A stretch of 64,000 nucleotides of DNA from Podarcis bocagei (taxonomy: Eukaryota), in the NCBI GenBank assembly GCA_964188305.1, contig OZ076893.1; one strand, given 5' to 3'. How positions within the stretch are numbered: the first letter of the stretch is position 1; every line of letters begins with the position of its first letter. The position numbers and the translations under genes were made by a program. Shown here piece by piece: positions 51,401-64,000 of this stretch. The notes below the pieces were generated by a model. That model did not search any database. It was given only the letters and a program-made list of their open reading frames with translations, and was not told the DNA's origin.

Positions 51401-51726
51401 CATAACACACACACTCTTGCTGCCCTCTTTTCTTTCAGAAACACCCCCTGCCATTTTTATGTGAAATGTAAGCCCATGAGTTTTTGAAAATTGGCTTGAT
51501 TTTCTAATCAATCTTACATTTGCACTTTTATTATAATTTGATCCCTTCGTCTAATTTTAGCTATATTTGTCTTTTGGCTTTCTGGTTTGCTGGACCAGGT
51601 TAAAAGGAACGCAAGGCCGACTTGGCGTCCACAATAAAGGATGGTGAGGGAGAATGGGGGCTAATCAGGCTTTATGCTTCTGTCTCTTTTTTGTACTTTT
51701 ATTTATATTATCGATATTTTATTCCA

Positions 51727-51905
51727 GGGAGAGGCCATAGCTCAGCGGTAGGGTACATATTTCCCACCCAAAAGCTCATAGGTTTGGTCCCTGACATGTC
51801 TAGGTAAGGCTGGGAATATCCACCGTCTGAAACCCTGGAGAGCTGCTGTTAGCCAGTGTAGACAATACTGAGCTAGATGGACATTATGCCCATTTAGGTC
51901 AGTGC
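51727..51905 (+). mobile_element. tRNA-derived squamate SINE (Squam3-like)
   Basis: gggagaggccatagctcagcggtag head and ...gtgtagacaatactgagctagatggac tail. A weaker copy is at ~55645-55800. Confidence 0.7.
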
Positions 51906-53101
51906 CTGAAACTTCAAAAGAAGCTTCACAGGAGGGTTTATGCAAACTGGCTCTGGGCTGGTGCTTAATAGGCATTTTTCATAGGTTATTTTTCAATTAG
52001 AAAAGGTATTGGACCTCATCATTTTTTACTGAATTGTGTGTTTCTGCACAATGAGCCATAGAATCATACAACTGCACAGGTGGAAGGGACCCTGAGGGTC
52101 ATCTAGTCCAACCCCCTGCCATGCAAGAATCTCAACACGCGGTCTCCCATCCAATTTGAAACCATACTATTTGGAAATGTGCTAACAGGTTTATTATTAT
52201 TATTGCTGGCCATGATATGCTTTTGTGTCTTTTTTGATATTATTTTGTTGCTTTCATTTGTTAATGGTTTGTTATTGTTATGAACTGCTTTGAGCTAAAC
52301 TTTGTTGCTGGAAAAGTGGCATACAAATATTAAATGAAACCAATGGCCCTGGTACCAAGCAGCTGTCTAAGTTCCTATTTGTTTTGCCATTGTCTGTGCA
52401 TTTTTATTATGATGTGAGCTGTTTTTGATACTTTTTGAGGCAGACATGGTGGATAAGCTTTTAAAAACAACAGTTACCCGAAGACAGACTGATGTAAATA
52501 CTGCATTTCTAAGTACAACAATTGCATGTTCTAGGGGAGTCATTAGTTCTTCAGATATCCAAAGCCTTCATTAAAGCTGTCTAGCACACAGTGTTGAGGC
52601 TGCTGCTTTAGTAATGTGCCAGTGCTTGCTCAAGCTTTACAATGCAGGGCTGAGACCAACCTTAACACAGCACTGAATCAGAAGCCCTGGTGCTTGCAAC
52701 TGCTGAGTGAATAAAGTGAGATGCAGAGAATTTATTGGGGCCACTGAGAATTGTTCATCAAATTAAATTTGGGTGTCAAAATGTGTATAGTTTGTGCACA
52801 ACTATGATAAATGAAAACTGTCAATCTTCAAACAGTATAATGGGGACATATCAAGAGATTATTCACCCCAATTTCCTCCTTTGTCCCTATTATTCTATGA
52901 CTAATCAAAGCAATTTGCTGTGCCTTTTTAACACTAATTTTGAGCAAATGCCTAAAGGATTCATTGGCTCTGTCTCATGTTCAGGAACAGAAATGGCAAA
53001 GTATTCAGGAGCTGAAAAATGCACCCTTATGGCAGAAAAGCGGCAAGGAGCGGCAAACCAGCAACCCCAATTTAAATACTCTCTTTAAAGAGGTAGCAAT
53101 A

Positions 53102-53343
53102 CAGTGGTACCTCGGGTTAAGTACTTAATTTGTTCCGGAGGTACGTTCTTAACCTGAAACCATTCTTAACCTGAAGCACCACATTAGCTAATGGTGCCTC
53201 CTGCTGCCGCTGTGCCGCCAGAGCACGATTTCTGTTCTCATCCTGAAGCAAAGTTCTTTACCTGTGGCACTATTTCTGGGTTAGCGGAGTCTGTGACCTG
53301 AAGCGTATGTAACCTGAAGCGTATGTAACCTGAGGTACCACTG
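53102..53343. mobile_element. Tc1/mariner-type MITE, third copy of the 1084 family
   Basis: Same TIRs, TA TSD, and near identity to the 11653 copy. Confidence 0.9.
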
Positions 53344-53566
53344 TATAATGCATTTATGCATTTATTTTTTTAAAAATAAATGCATATTTTAAACCCTTGT
53401 CTCATCTAGACGACTGAAAGTAATTGAGGGAGGGGTGTTGGGATTATATAATCCAGTTGATCCTTGCCTATTTTATAATGTGTAATTTTAAATGTATAAT
53501 TTTACATGCTGTTTCCATACATGCTATAATGCAAACTATCCCTCTGGGGGATAGGCAAGAAATGTA

Positions 53567-53862
53567 CAGGCAACTCCTCATGCATGCAGGGGTTACATTC
53601 CAAGGCACCACACATTTATGTGAAATCGTGTATATTGGGACCACCACTGAACCCTATAAACCTCTGGGAACTCTTGAGAAACCCTTTTTAAAAATCAGCA
53701 GCACTCCTGGGATAGCACTTGCAAAAGCTTGTGGGATTGTTAGATGCTGTTTTCATACCATGTTCGCTCTTTTGGGGGGGTGCAATTTTGCCCCTTTAAG
53801 TGCCACTTCCAGACTGATGGCGATGCACGTGTCTCAAACACGTGTAAATGGGGAATTGCCTG
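53567..53862. mobile_element. Tigger/pogo-like MITE
   Basis: TA-caggcaactcc ... ggaattgcctg-TA. Confidence 0.75.
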
Positions 53863-55825
53863 TAAATCGTTAATCAAGATGTTTCTCTTCCTTAATTTAT
53901 AACTAGTATCTTGTAAACTTTGGCTTGACCTTGCGTTTGGCACCACCAAGCAAAGTGCTCAGCCCAGCCCAGCTTCATGCAGCCTCGCAGTTTAGGGGAG
54001 TTAGAACAATAAAACGAGGAGATAAAACAATAAATTAAGACAACAAAAAGAAGCACTAAAAGGAGTTAAGAAGTAAAATGGAAGAGAGGATAAAAACAAG
54101 TGCTAAGGGTTGGTTATAGAGCAGAAGCTTGCCTTAGAGTTGGCCTTAGAGCTCAAAACCCTGCTTCAAGCATTCGGCGGCCATCTTCCTCCCATTAAAT
54201 TAACAGAAGATTAACTGACTTGAAAAACAACACCTTCTAAACCCTATTCAGGTGTCTCCATGCAATCTCAACATGCACTGCCAAAGAATCTACCCTGCTT
54301 GGGATAAAACTAGCAAGAGTCCATTTCCCCCCACTGCACAGAATTAGATTGCTCCCCAGTCTTGCATTAGGGAAGCATGACATTGCACCAGCAAGGATGT
54401 GGCAATATCCTTTTGCCTGTGGGATGATGGCAGTATGAGGAAAAACCTGGGTGACTGGGAGCTTGATGAATGAGAATGTTGGCTTAGTTCATTCCTTGGC
54501 AAATATGGCTAGAGTCTTGGTGTAAAATTCAATCTCCTTTGTAGCCACTAATGATATTATACAGGTGATATTATTAAAGAAACACCAGTAATAAAACTAA
54601 CAACCAGTAATGACATCTTCTTTTCAAAATTGCATACTAGCAAGAAATCTAATTCCAATTGGATTCATTTTTTTTTAAGCCCACTAAGATTTTTTTTTTT
54701 AAAAAAACGCTCAGCGATATCAGGATAGAACAGCATGTGTTTTAGCCCTGGTTCATCCTCATCTTCTTAACCAGTACAACAAGACAAAAGCATTAAAGTA
54801 AAATTAATCATGTCAAAAGATTTTAGCAAAAACAAGTGAGACCATGCAGAAAGCATCGCTTTGTCTAGGGTGAAGTCTCGCTCTGATTAAAAACATATAA
54901 TGTAAGTAAAAGTAATACATCATTGCCTTGGTGTTAAGGAAATTTTTGGAAGAACTCCACAACCAGAAATATAAGAAATCTATATATTCTTTATCTCTTG
55001 CAGGTTTATTTCTAACAAGTGAAGCAATACTGTTCATTAAAATTCAGCCAAATATTTTTTAAAAAGGACTGAACAAAAACATTGTCGTAAATATTACATA
55101 ATCCGACTACAATATAAACAGCAGCCTCTGCTTTTCATTTGACTGATGTGTAAAAACTCCAGTGTTAAGCAGATTCCAAACTCAATTTAAAGTATAATGA
55201 GAGTATTTATAGTGATAAAGTCACAGTCAACAATGCAAAGCTTTTGCTGCTACTCTGAACCACCCAATTTTGCTATATGTCGCAGATAATACTCGTTTAT
55301 TTTAAATGCATGTTTTGTGCAGGCCTTGTGTTTGAGAACAACGTGTGAGTCAGCAAAGAAGCTTTTTTCTGCATTTAGCATTTTCACTTAACTTGCAGAA
55401 CACAAATGAGATAAAAACACTTGTTCAAAATAAGATATATTTGCTTGCACCCTTCAGTCTCCTTTTCCTTTGTTTCCAGATATCCTATGAAAAATACAAT
55501 CATTTAAAAGTACCATGCATATGCATGTGATGTTGTATTGCACACAAAAATCTCAATTCCTTCGAATCTTTCTCCCCTTCCAATATGTCATTTAAAACTG
55601 GAAGCAGCCCCATGCTTCTTCCTCTGGTTCCATGACTAAGATTGGGAGGGGCCATATCTCAGTAGGTTTGATTGCAGAAGGTCCTAAGTTCAGTCACTGG
55701 CCTCTACAGGTAGATTGTTGCCTGAAACCCCGGAGAACCACTGTGTGTCACAGAAGACAGTACAGAGCTAAATTGACTCATCATCTGGCTTCATATGTTT
55801 CTATATGTGCCCTGTACTTCTAAGA

Positions 55826-56011
55826 CAGTGCTTCTCAAGCTAGCTGATATGGTGGAACCGCATCCCCCCCCCCCAATGTGCCAAGTCAAGGTACCATATT
55901 TAGTTCCTGAATTATCCCACCCAACCTGGGCTGTGGTGGAGCTGCAGGGGACTGCATCCTATGGCTCATGGACCAGCACCAGTCTGTGGACCACCACACT
56001 GAGTACTGCTG
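55826..56011. mobile_element. hAT-type MITE with perfect 8-bp TSD (ttctaaga)
   Basis: TSD at 55818-55825 and 56012-56019, with CAG...CTG termini. Confidence 0.8.
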
Positions 56012-59000
56012 TTCTAAGAAAAGTGCAATTATTTCTATTGACAGAAATACTTGAGGGATGTTGTGTAGCCAACAGTAAGTATAGACGATAACAATAACCT
56101 TGGTCAGCATATATTCAAAAATCAAACCAGGCAAAGCAAGAACTTTTCCTTGCAGAGCTACCATGCATGACATCCACACTAAGCCTGCAGCTCTCTTCAT
56201 TTCTTATGGAGACCAGCATTTATGATTTGTTTAACTATTCTACGAAATAAATCAACTGATGCAGCCAGATATTGCTTTTCCTCTTAGAAATGGGAAAAAA
56301 GATATAGGAAGGATGCACCTCCCCACTCATCCAAAATCTCACATCTGATTCTTTATTTGATTGCATCTCCAAGATCCATAGTTCCAACATAACGTTTTCC
56401 TTAGTCCTATGAGAACATCAAAGCATTCATCCAATTATGCTTATGGTTTCTCTCTCACTACTGTCCAGTTCTATAGATGCCAAGATGACGCAGCATAAAG
56501 AAGATATGGAAATCTAGGAAACTCTCACAGGTACCAATACCCAGAGCACTGAAGAAAAGCTGGTAATGTTCACACAGGCCAAACACCTACATCCCCCAAA
56601 GACAAAAGGGCTTCCAGTAGCCCCAGACTCTTTATTTCCCTTCCTAGGAAGAATGCCTTTGGGCTCACTGGATACATTCTGTGGAAATATAAATAAAAAT
56701 CAGGAGTGGTGGGGCAGGCATGGTGGGCACCACTGGGGGTGTTTAGGAGACTACAGTGCCCACAAGTGCCACAGAAGGGATCCCAGATCAAAGGTATCCC
56801 TCTGGAAGCAATTTGCTGGGTGGGGCAAAGGCGCTACAGTCGCTTCCTGGCAAGTGGGCTACTGTTGCTTACCAGGAGGGAAGGAGTGAGTCAGTGGTGG
56901 TGAGGTTGACATGGTATCTGGCTTCAATGGTGCATTTTTTGCACTATGCAGACCACTGTGCCGCTTTGCCCTCTCTGTCCCAGTAAGCAACCGTGACCCA
57001 CCTGCCAGGAAGCTACGTAGTGCAGTGGCTCTGCTCCACCCAACGAGTTGCTTCTTGATGCCCCAGAATTTATGTGTTCACTTGCTTGCCACAATGACAC
57101 CGATAATGATCTGATAGAGACACTATAGATAACTTCCAGGAGGCCTGGATCCTGGAGCCCTCAAAACATCTCTACAGACAGAATGATTTCAGAGGTGCTC
57201 CACAAACTGTAGCCTCTGTAGTGGCATGTTCTGTGTCCATTAGCACCGTTTCCTAGGATACAGTTACAAAAGAAACTTTATAATGGGTTCTAAAACAATG
57301 GCCTCAGAAAGCATGTTTGCAAGCTTTTCATGTGGTGAAAATCACATCACCTGAGTGTGTTCTTCCCTTTGGTGTCATGAGAAAACATCGTCTGTTAGAG
57401 TAAGTACATTAAATAAAAGTGCATTTGTTTAAATATTTTATTATATTTTTTTCTTCAGCTGCTTTTTATATTTTTCTTCTACCTAATGTTACTGAGCTGG
57501 GTTATTACAGTGTGATTTAAGAAGTCCTTTAGCGCATATCTGGGGGTGGGGAGAAAGGGTTTTAAAAACTGATTATCAAAGTTTTCTCTGGCAGTGTCTA
57601 AGTGAAGCCATCTCATCTTCCCTCCAATATACGAGCTGCAGAAAGCTTACAGAACATTGATTGATTCTGTGGCAGCCTTATCTCCCCACTTCCAAAATGC
57701 TGTGAACAGCAACTTCCAGGCTATGTTTAGTCTCTCTTATTTGCCATTCAGAGCCACCTTGGTGAAGAGTCCTGCAACCAACACCAAAGGCTACTAGAGT
57801 CAGAGGTGACCAAAGAAGTAAGTTTTGATAAAGATATTAGATCAATATTCTGGTTTGGCGCTTTATTTTCCTTTTGATTGTGCATACTCAGTGCTAGCCA
57901 CCAACACACCTGCCAAGTCAGTTATAATTCTTCATACAGCATATATAGAGGGGAAAAAACAGTTGAGTGGTTTTGGGAGACTCCAGTCTGGAAGCACCAA
58001 ATACTTTTCCTACATTGTATGAGACCAGTGAATTAAAAGTGACAGTCAAGTCTTTAAAAGCAGTAAGTATGCATTTGATAAATATTTCATTTGGTGCTGC
58101 ATTGCAAGTGAGATTCCTGATGTACATATTCCACAGTGAGTTCTCTTTCATTTGCTCCTGCCTGAGAACAACTCTACTGTACAATCAATCTCAGAAGCGC
58201 AATCTCAGAAGCAAACTGAGTCTTTTTTTCAGACTAATATTTTACTGTATATAATTAGTTTTTCTTTTTTTTAAAAGAAAGATCTTCCAATGTAAACATA
58301 CTATGTATACTCTGATATACTTTCTTTTTACAGATGAAATTCAATTGGTGGTACATCTTGTGTAAGTGAAACACAGCAATTCCTGTAAACCTGAAAGCTA
58401 TGACACCTTATTTGGTTGTTGTATAAATTTCTTCTTTTAAATAACTAGGGAAGGAAGGAAAGTATAAACACATACAAATGCAGATAAAAGTGGTATAGAA
58501 CAATATATTTTGCTAAATGCACATTTTCACTCTATGAGAACCTGCATCTGCCAAACATGCCCTCTTCAGTACTATGAAAAATCTGTGACTCTGGTCATCC
58601 CAAAGGGAGGCAAAAAAATGGAAGCCAGTAGTAATACATGTATACACACATACACAACTGTGTCCAGTGTTGCAGTTTGAAACTACACTTGAGTCCTGAG
58701 AAAAGTGATATAATTTTCTAAGATACTAAGAAACATGAGATGGGTCACTAAGGTGCCATGGGCACAATTAGTACCTTTGAACACTGGCAGTAGTTGGAGC
58801 TATTGTACCGGTGCTGTTCCCTGCATGGTACATCTCCCCCCCCCCCCCCGCACCAAGCTTGTGTTTGCTCCACTGCAGGTAAAGTGGCCTCTTAGGATCA
58901 GGCTGCCTGGGAAACAGCATTTCTGTTAGAAAATCTAAGTTTCACAAGTTGTCCGGCTTTTAAAGTATGGCTTTGATTTATGGATCAGAATTGCTCGTTT

Positions 59001-59861
59001 ATAATTTTATCTGAACAGCTTTAGGCAATTCTGACAGTTAAAAATGTAGTTTTATTGACCAGTGCAGCTAGTCTGCCCACAAGGGGACCAGTAAATACAC
59101 AGCCTACTGCACCAGGAAAAAACACTATTATTTGATTCCATGACCACGTTAGATTGGAAATCGTAACCACTATAACAATAAGTTCCAAAGCTTAAGACAA
59201 AATGCTTGCTGTAAAACATAGTTGTTGTTGAGAAAGAAGGGGACAGATCTGGATAGAAAACCTGCCAGTACAGTTTACTGAAGCTGACCTGTACCACTGA
59301 TACCTGGCTGTGTCAGTGAGAGCTGCGGAAGACCTCAACGGGAGGGAGGGGGCAATTCTCTATGACATGAGTGGTGTAAAAGGGTATGCAGCACAATGCA
59401 ATATGCCATGAGCTCTAAATTATAATATAAATAGGAGACAATCCAATTAGAAAGCTAGGAATTTCCAAGTCGCATCAGTTTCCGTGTGAGTGATCTAGGC
59501 ATGTTTTGAACTCTCCTACTTAAATTAGAGGCACTTGGTCTTAACTGGCTGGATTGTGTCCACAGCATATAATATACACTGTAATAAGAGGCAAGGTACC
59601 TAGAGGAGGAGGCAGGTTTATTTAAGAAAGCTTTGCCAGTTTTCACTATAAGCGTACTAAAATGATTTTAAGACAGATTTAATTTAGGCTTGTTCTGTTG
59701 TACAGGTACTATCTCCTACAATCTCAATTTACTCTTCCATTGTGAAACCTATGTAATATATAAACAAATCTCTGTAGGGAAGCAAATCAATAAAGTGTCT
59801 AATTTGATTAACCATGTTTTAAAATTCATCAAGGTAATTCAACGTAAAGTAAACTGCTTAC

Positions 59862-59983
59862 TTGTCAGTATTTTCCATGTCTTCTTTTCATCATCATAAT
59901 ACTGAACCAAATTGCTGGGTAGCCGGTCAGGTCCAGGGGGCAGTCCACCAACCAACAAAAGCATTTTCTTGTTGGAGCGAATT
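59862..59983 (-). CDS. KLHL14: KLHL14 internal coding exon (122 bp; R-IRSNKKMLLLVGGLPPGPDRLPSNLVQYYDDEKKTWKILT), start of the kelch repeats
   Basis: Manual minus-strand translation matches vertebrate KLHL14 as recalled. Acceptor is ...ctcttttgggtgaag| and donor is |gtaagc. The phase joins the next exon. Confidence 0.95.
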
Positions 59984-60245
59984 CTTCACCCAAAAGAGAG
60001 AGAAGATGAATAACCACATTATTGGAGAATATTTTTAGTAGCAACAAAATCATAACCATCATAGGAATGTTCACTGCTTGTAGTTTTCTATTTTACTTCT
60101 TTTTGTTTTGTTTCCTTTCCCTATCATGTCTCAACAACTTTTTGAATCAAGCAGAAAAAATAATAAGAAAAGCTGCATAGCCCTCTACTTGTGGAATAAT
60201 AAGTTTCCTTTATGCAATTTGCTAAAGGTTTATTCTAGAATGACC

Positions 60246-60385
60246 NNNNNNNNNNNNNNNNNNNNNNNNNNNNNNNNNNNNNNNNNNNNNNNNNNNNNNN
60301 NNNNNNNNNNNNNNNNNNNNNNNNNNNNNNNNNNNNNNNNNNNNNNNNNNNNNNNNNNNNNNNNNNNNNNNNNNNNNNNNNNNNN
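60246..60385. other. Assembly gap
   Basis: N run. Confidence 0.99.
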
Positions 60386-60636
60386 GCACCCAAAGAACCT
60401 TGAAAAAATTAAGGCTATGCAGAGAGATTCTGAACCAATTCTTTAATCACACACTGAAACTTAGATTCCAACACTTCTGGCACAATTAGTAGCAGTGTGC
60501 TAACAGGTACAGGCTGAACTCTACTTACTTACAAAACCCTTTTTTTTGTTTTGTTTAATTTAGCCCTACATTGCCTCCTCCTCCTCCACAGCCCCTCCTT
60601 TCTCTGCTCTCCCTCTGAGCACCACTGGCTATAGCA

Positions 60637-60872
60637 NNNNNNNNNNNNNNNNNNNNNNNNNNNNNNNNNNNNNNNNNNNNNNNNNNNNNNNNNNNNNNNN
60701 NNNNNNNNNNNNNNNNNNNNNNNNNNNNNNNNNNNNNNNNNNNNNNNNNNNNNNNNNNNNNNNNNNNNNNNNNNNNNNNNNNNNNNNNNNNNNNNNNNNN
60801 NNNNNNNNNNNNNNNNNNNNNNNNNNNNNNNNNNNNNNNNNNNNNNNNNNNNNNNNNNNNNNNNNNNNNNNN
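60637..60872. other. Assembly gap
   Basis: N run. Confidence 0.99.
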
Positions 60873-61451
60873 TGCCTGGCAGTTCTTAAGAACAGGACTG
60901 CAACGTCTCATATGCAGTAAAAGCTGTAATATGCACCCTGGCCTCCATCGCTATACCTGATGAATGCACGTTTCTTTGTAACACTAATGGCTTTAACACA
61001 ATTTCAAGAGAAAAGGGGAGAGGAGACCTAGACCCCTAGATGAGTACTGATGCTTTAATAGTCACTTTACATATAATTGAACATCTATCAGTTACAGAAG
61101 CCTGGAAAAGTGATAAAATTCTAAATAGGGAACCATGGTAAGGCAATTCATCCTACTGTGATGTGAAATTTTAACTATATGCACATGCTATGGACGTATG
61201 TTATATGCCTGATGCAACATCTCACTGCAGGGTTGCTGACCTACTTGGTTACCCTGCAATCTTTATTGCATTAATCAATGGTTCTGGAAAGCAAAACAGG
61301 ACTTGTTTCCATTAACCGGTTTGAATTATTACTGAACCATTTTAGGTACATTAAAAAAGAGGGCAACACTTCTGATGCTGAGATACTCTGTTAATATAAA
61401 AGTACTTCAGTAAAGGGAGCTTTATCACTAATGTCCACACACTGCATTCTT

Positions 61452-61524
<73 letters not shown>
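61452..61524. repeat. Compound (ACA)n(CTA)n microsatellite
   Basis: Read directly from the sequence. Confidence 0.95.
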
Positions 61525-62310
61525 AAGCCTGTATATGTTTGACCAACTAATTATATTAGCATAGTGCTCTAATGGAAACATTCGTGGGAAATGATCTCAG
61601 GTGAGTTTGGAATTTTGTCTGTATAGCCTTATTATCTTAATTAAGATATTGAAGGTGCAATCCTATTCAAGTCTACTCAGAGGTAAGCACCACTTAGTTC
61701 AATGGGACTTCAGATGTGTGCGTGCAGCAGATGTAGGGAACCTGTGGCGCTCCAAATCTTGCTGAAATTGGCCATGCTTGCTGGGGCTGATGGGAATTGT
61801 AGTTCAACAACTTCTGGAAGGCCAAAGGTACTACACACTTGGTGTATAGGATTGGACCACAAATATTACAATTGCAATTACAACAAACTAAGGCTGCAAT
61901 CCTAAATGCACTTACTTGCACCCTCCTTCATATACAACTCTTTATTATAACACCACAATTCAGTGCTATTCTAATGTGCACATTACAGAACATATACAGC
62001 TCACCTCCTGTGCTTGGGTTTTCTCTCTAACCTAGCAAATCAGAAGCAGATGGCCACACAATGTGGAAGTCACAGGCCAGATGTTATGCCAAAGCTAAGT
62101 CCACAGGACCTTGTTCAGACTGCCTGTGCTACTTGTGACTAGCGGTGGGCAAACTCCTCTAGGTCAGAACTGGGCTCTTAAAAAACACCCCAAGTTTCTC
62201 CCAAACTCAGAAAATAGCTTAGTTCTCTCCAACCCAGTTCTGAGTTTGTTTTGGACTTGGCTGCACCCTGATGATGATGCTGGAGCATGACAGGATGTGA
62301 TCCATTTACC

Positions 62311-62819
62311 CAGGGCTGTCTTTAGCAGATGCGGCACCAGGGTGCAAATATCTGCCCAGCACCCCCAAATTACCACGGATAGTGTTGGGGTGGCTGTAGC
62401 TGTGCACTGCCAGCCATTGGGGGGGGGGCAACTCTCCCCCATGCCACTGTGAGAGAGCAATCCCCACAGAGGCTTGGGAAGGAAGCTGTGCGCCTGCCAG
62501 CCATATCCTAAGCCTCTGCGGGGATTGCTCTCCTCCTGAGGAGGCTTGGGAGTGAAGCTGTGCTCTCCTCCCGTGGAGGATTGGGAGGGGCGCAACTTCA
62601 CTCCCAAGCCTCTGTGAGGACCGCTCTCCTACTGAGGAGGCTTGGGAGGGAAGCTGCATGCCTGCCAGCCTGATGGTTGGCGGGGAGCAGCTGGCGGGTA
62701 TGCAGGGAAAGGGGAGGCCGCTGGCAAAGCCGCACAGCTCCTCCACTTGCTGGGGCACCCCTGAGAGGCCGGCACCCTGGCGCGACACACCACTAAGCCC
62801 TATGGGAAAGACGGCTCTG
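62311..62819. mobile_element. 509-bp hAT-type non-autonomous element with internal repeats
   Basis: TIR cagggctgtcttt / aaagacggctctg. TSD catttacc / catttaca (7 of 8 match). Internal gaggcttgggag units occur in both orientations. Confidence 0.85.
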
Positions 62820-64000
62820 CATTTACACACCAGCTTCATCCCTCACACTTGCCGTTTATGTTGCTCTAGTGACAGCAGCGATGGCAGGGGAAAGGTGGGA
62901 GCTCTTTCTTCCCTTCTCTAATACCTTGCATGTTACTTAATGCTCAGTGCCAGACACACAGGATTGTGGTTTTCCAGCACTACTGACATGGGAAATGACA
63001 GTTTGCAGCACTTCTTGCCTCTAGTACACAGGCATAGCTGCATGCCAGACATCAGTGAGGAGAGCAGGGGGAAAAGGGCTCGCTTCCCATGCTCTTGGTG
63101 CCTCACCAAAGCAACAACAAAGGAAAGGGAATGGGAGGAGACTTGGAGGTGTGGGTGTGGGTGAGTGGGAAGAAAGAGTGGGAGAGAAGCTTAACTTACT
63201 TTCTGGCTCAGAATTTTACCCAAGTTACAGAACTTTTAGGGTTGTAATGCTTGCTTCACATTGAACAGTATCACGTATCTGTTCTAAACTGTGCTCAGAT
63301 AATGCTTGGAACGATCACTACTTGTTTTTGTCCCCCTCCCTCATTTTCAAAATTTTATTAATATAACATGACAGTATGTAGCAAAAACCATTATACATCA
63401 AACAATCACTATTTGTGACATTTGTGCCGCAGGTAGGCCTCTGGATAGTACATTATTCAAGCAAGGGAAACATTTCATTTACAAAAGGAGTAGCATTGAA
63501 TATGAAGGAGCTTGCTGCTTAAGTGCATGTGCACATGAATCTAGAAATAGGGCTTGGTGTTAGTTTATTTGCCAATTTATATTTAGCCATCATGCCAAGA
63601 CTGCCTCTTATAGTAAAAGATAGTTATTACCTGCTTTAAAAGAAATCAGACACAGAATAGCTAGCAGGCAGTAACAAAGTTAGTAAATTTAAATTCGAGA
63701 TCCCTTTGACCCATGAGATCAGAATCAGTTCCACAGTCACTGTCAGCATGGACTACCTTCTGATTCATGCCTGATAGATGAAAATTTCAATAACGCTTCA
63801 TTCTACCCAATCTCTCCAAAGGGGGAGTAGAATAAACCATGTTTTAATTTGAGTTAAGGATGGCTGAACACATAACAAGAGACTGAGCAACGTTAAGCCA
63901 TAAGTCACCTAAGCATGGTCATCCTTAATGAGAGAGTAAATTGTTTATTCCAACCGCCTTGTGTAGCATGTTCTATTTCTATCACAATCAACTTCACTTG

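Noticed and set aside
62164-62921. 147-177-aa ORFs and CRISPR-like repeat spacing
   Set aside because: These lie in a GC-rich hAT element. The repeats alternate in orientation with no unique spacers, and the context is vertebrate.

Overview
Eukaryotic (squamate reptile, most likely lizard) genomic DNA, not prokaryotic; most ORF-track entries are spurious. The window holds (1) the 3' seven coding exons of KLHL14 on the minus strand (59983 to stop at 24598), all in frame when spliced, with a putative ~3.1 kb 3'UTR to an AATAAA at ~21450; (2) ~9 kb downstream, also on the minus strand, a CpG-rich promoter and first coding exon (12515-12374) of an atypical Rab-family small GTPase whose remaining exons were not found here and probably lie left of position 1; (3) a dense, partly nested mobile-element landscape: Sauria-type SINEs with TSDs, tRNA-Lys- and tRNA-Ile-headed SINEs with a shared tail, BovB, CR1, Penelope-like and RTE-X/L2-group LINE fragments, Tc1/mariner-type (TA TSD) and hAT-type (8-bp TSD) MITEs, palindromic elements and a 298-bp solo LTR with a 5-bp TSD. 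The most interesting item is the Rab-like gene. Its P-loop (GDSYVGKS) has Tyr at the Ras-G13 position, it lacks the Ras-F28-equivalent aromatic, and it has a 5-residue Pro-rich insertion before switch I. Family names and human comparisons come from memory, not from database searches.
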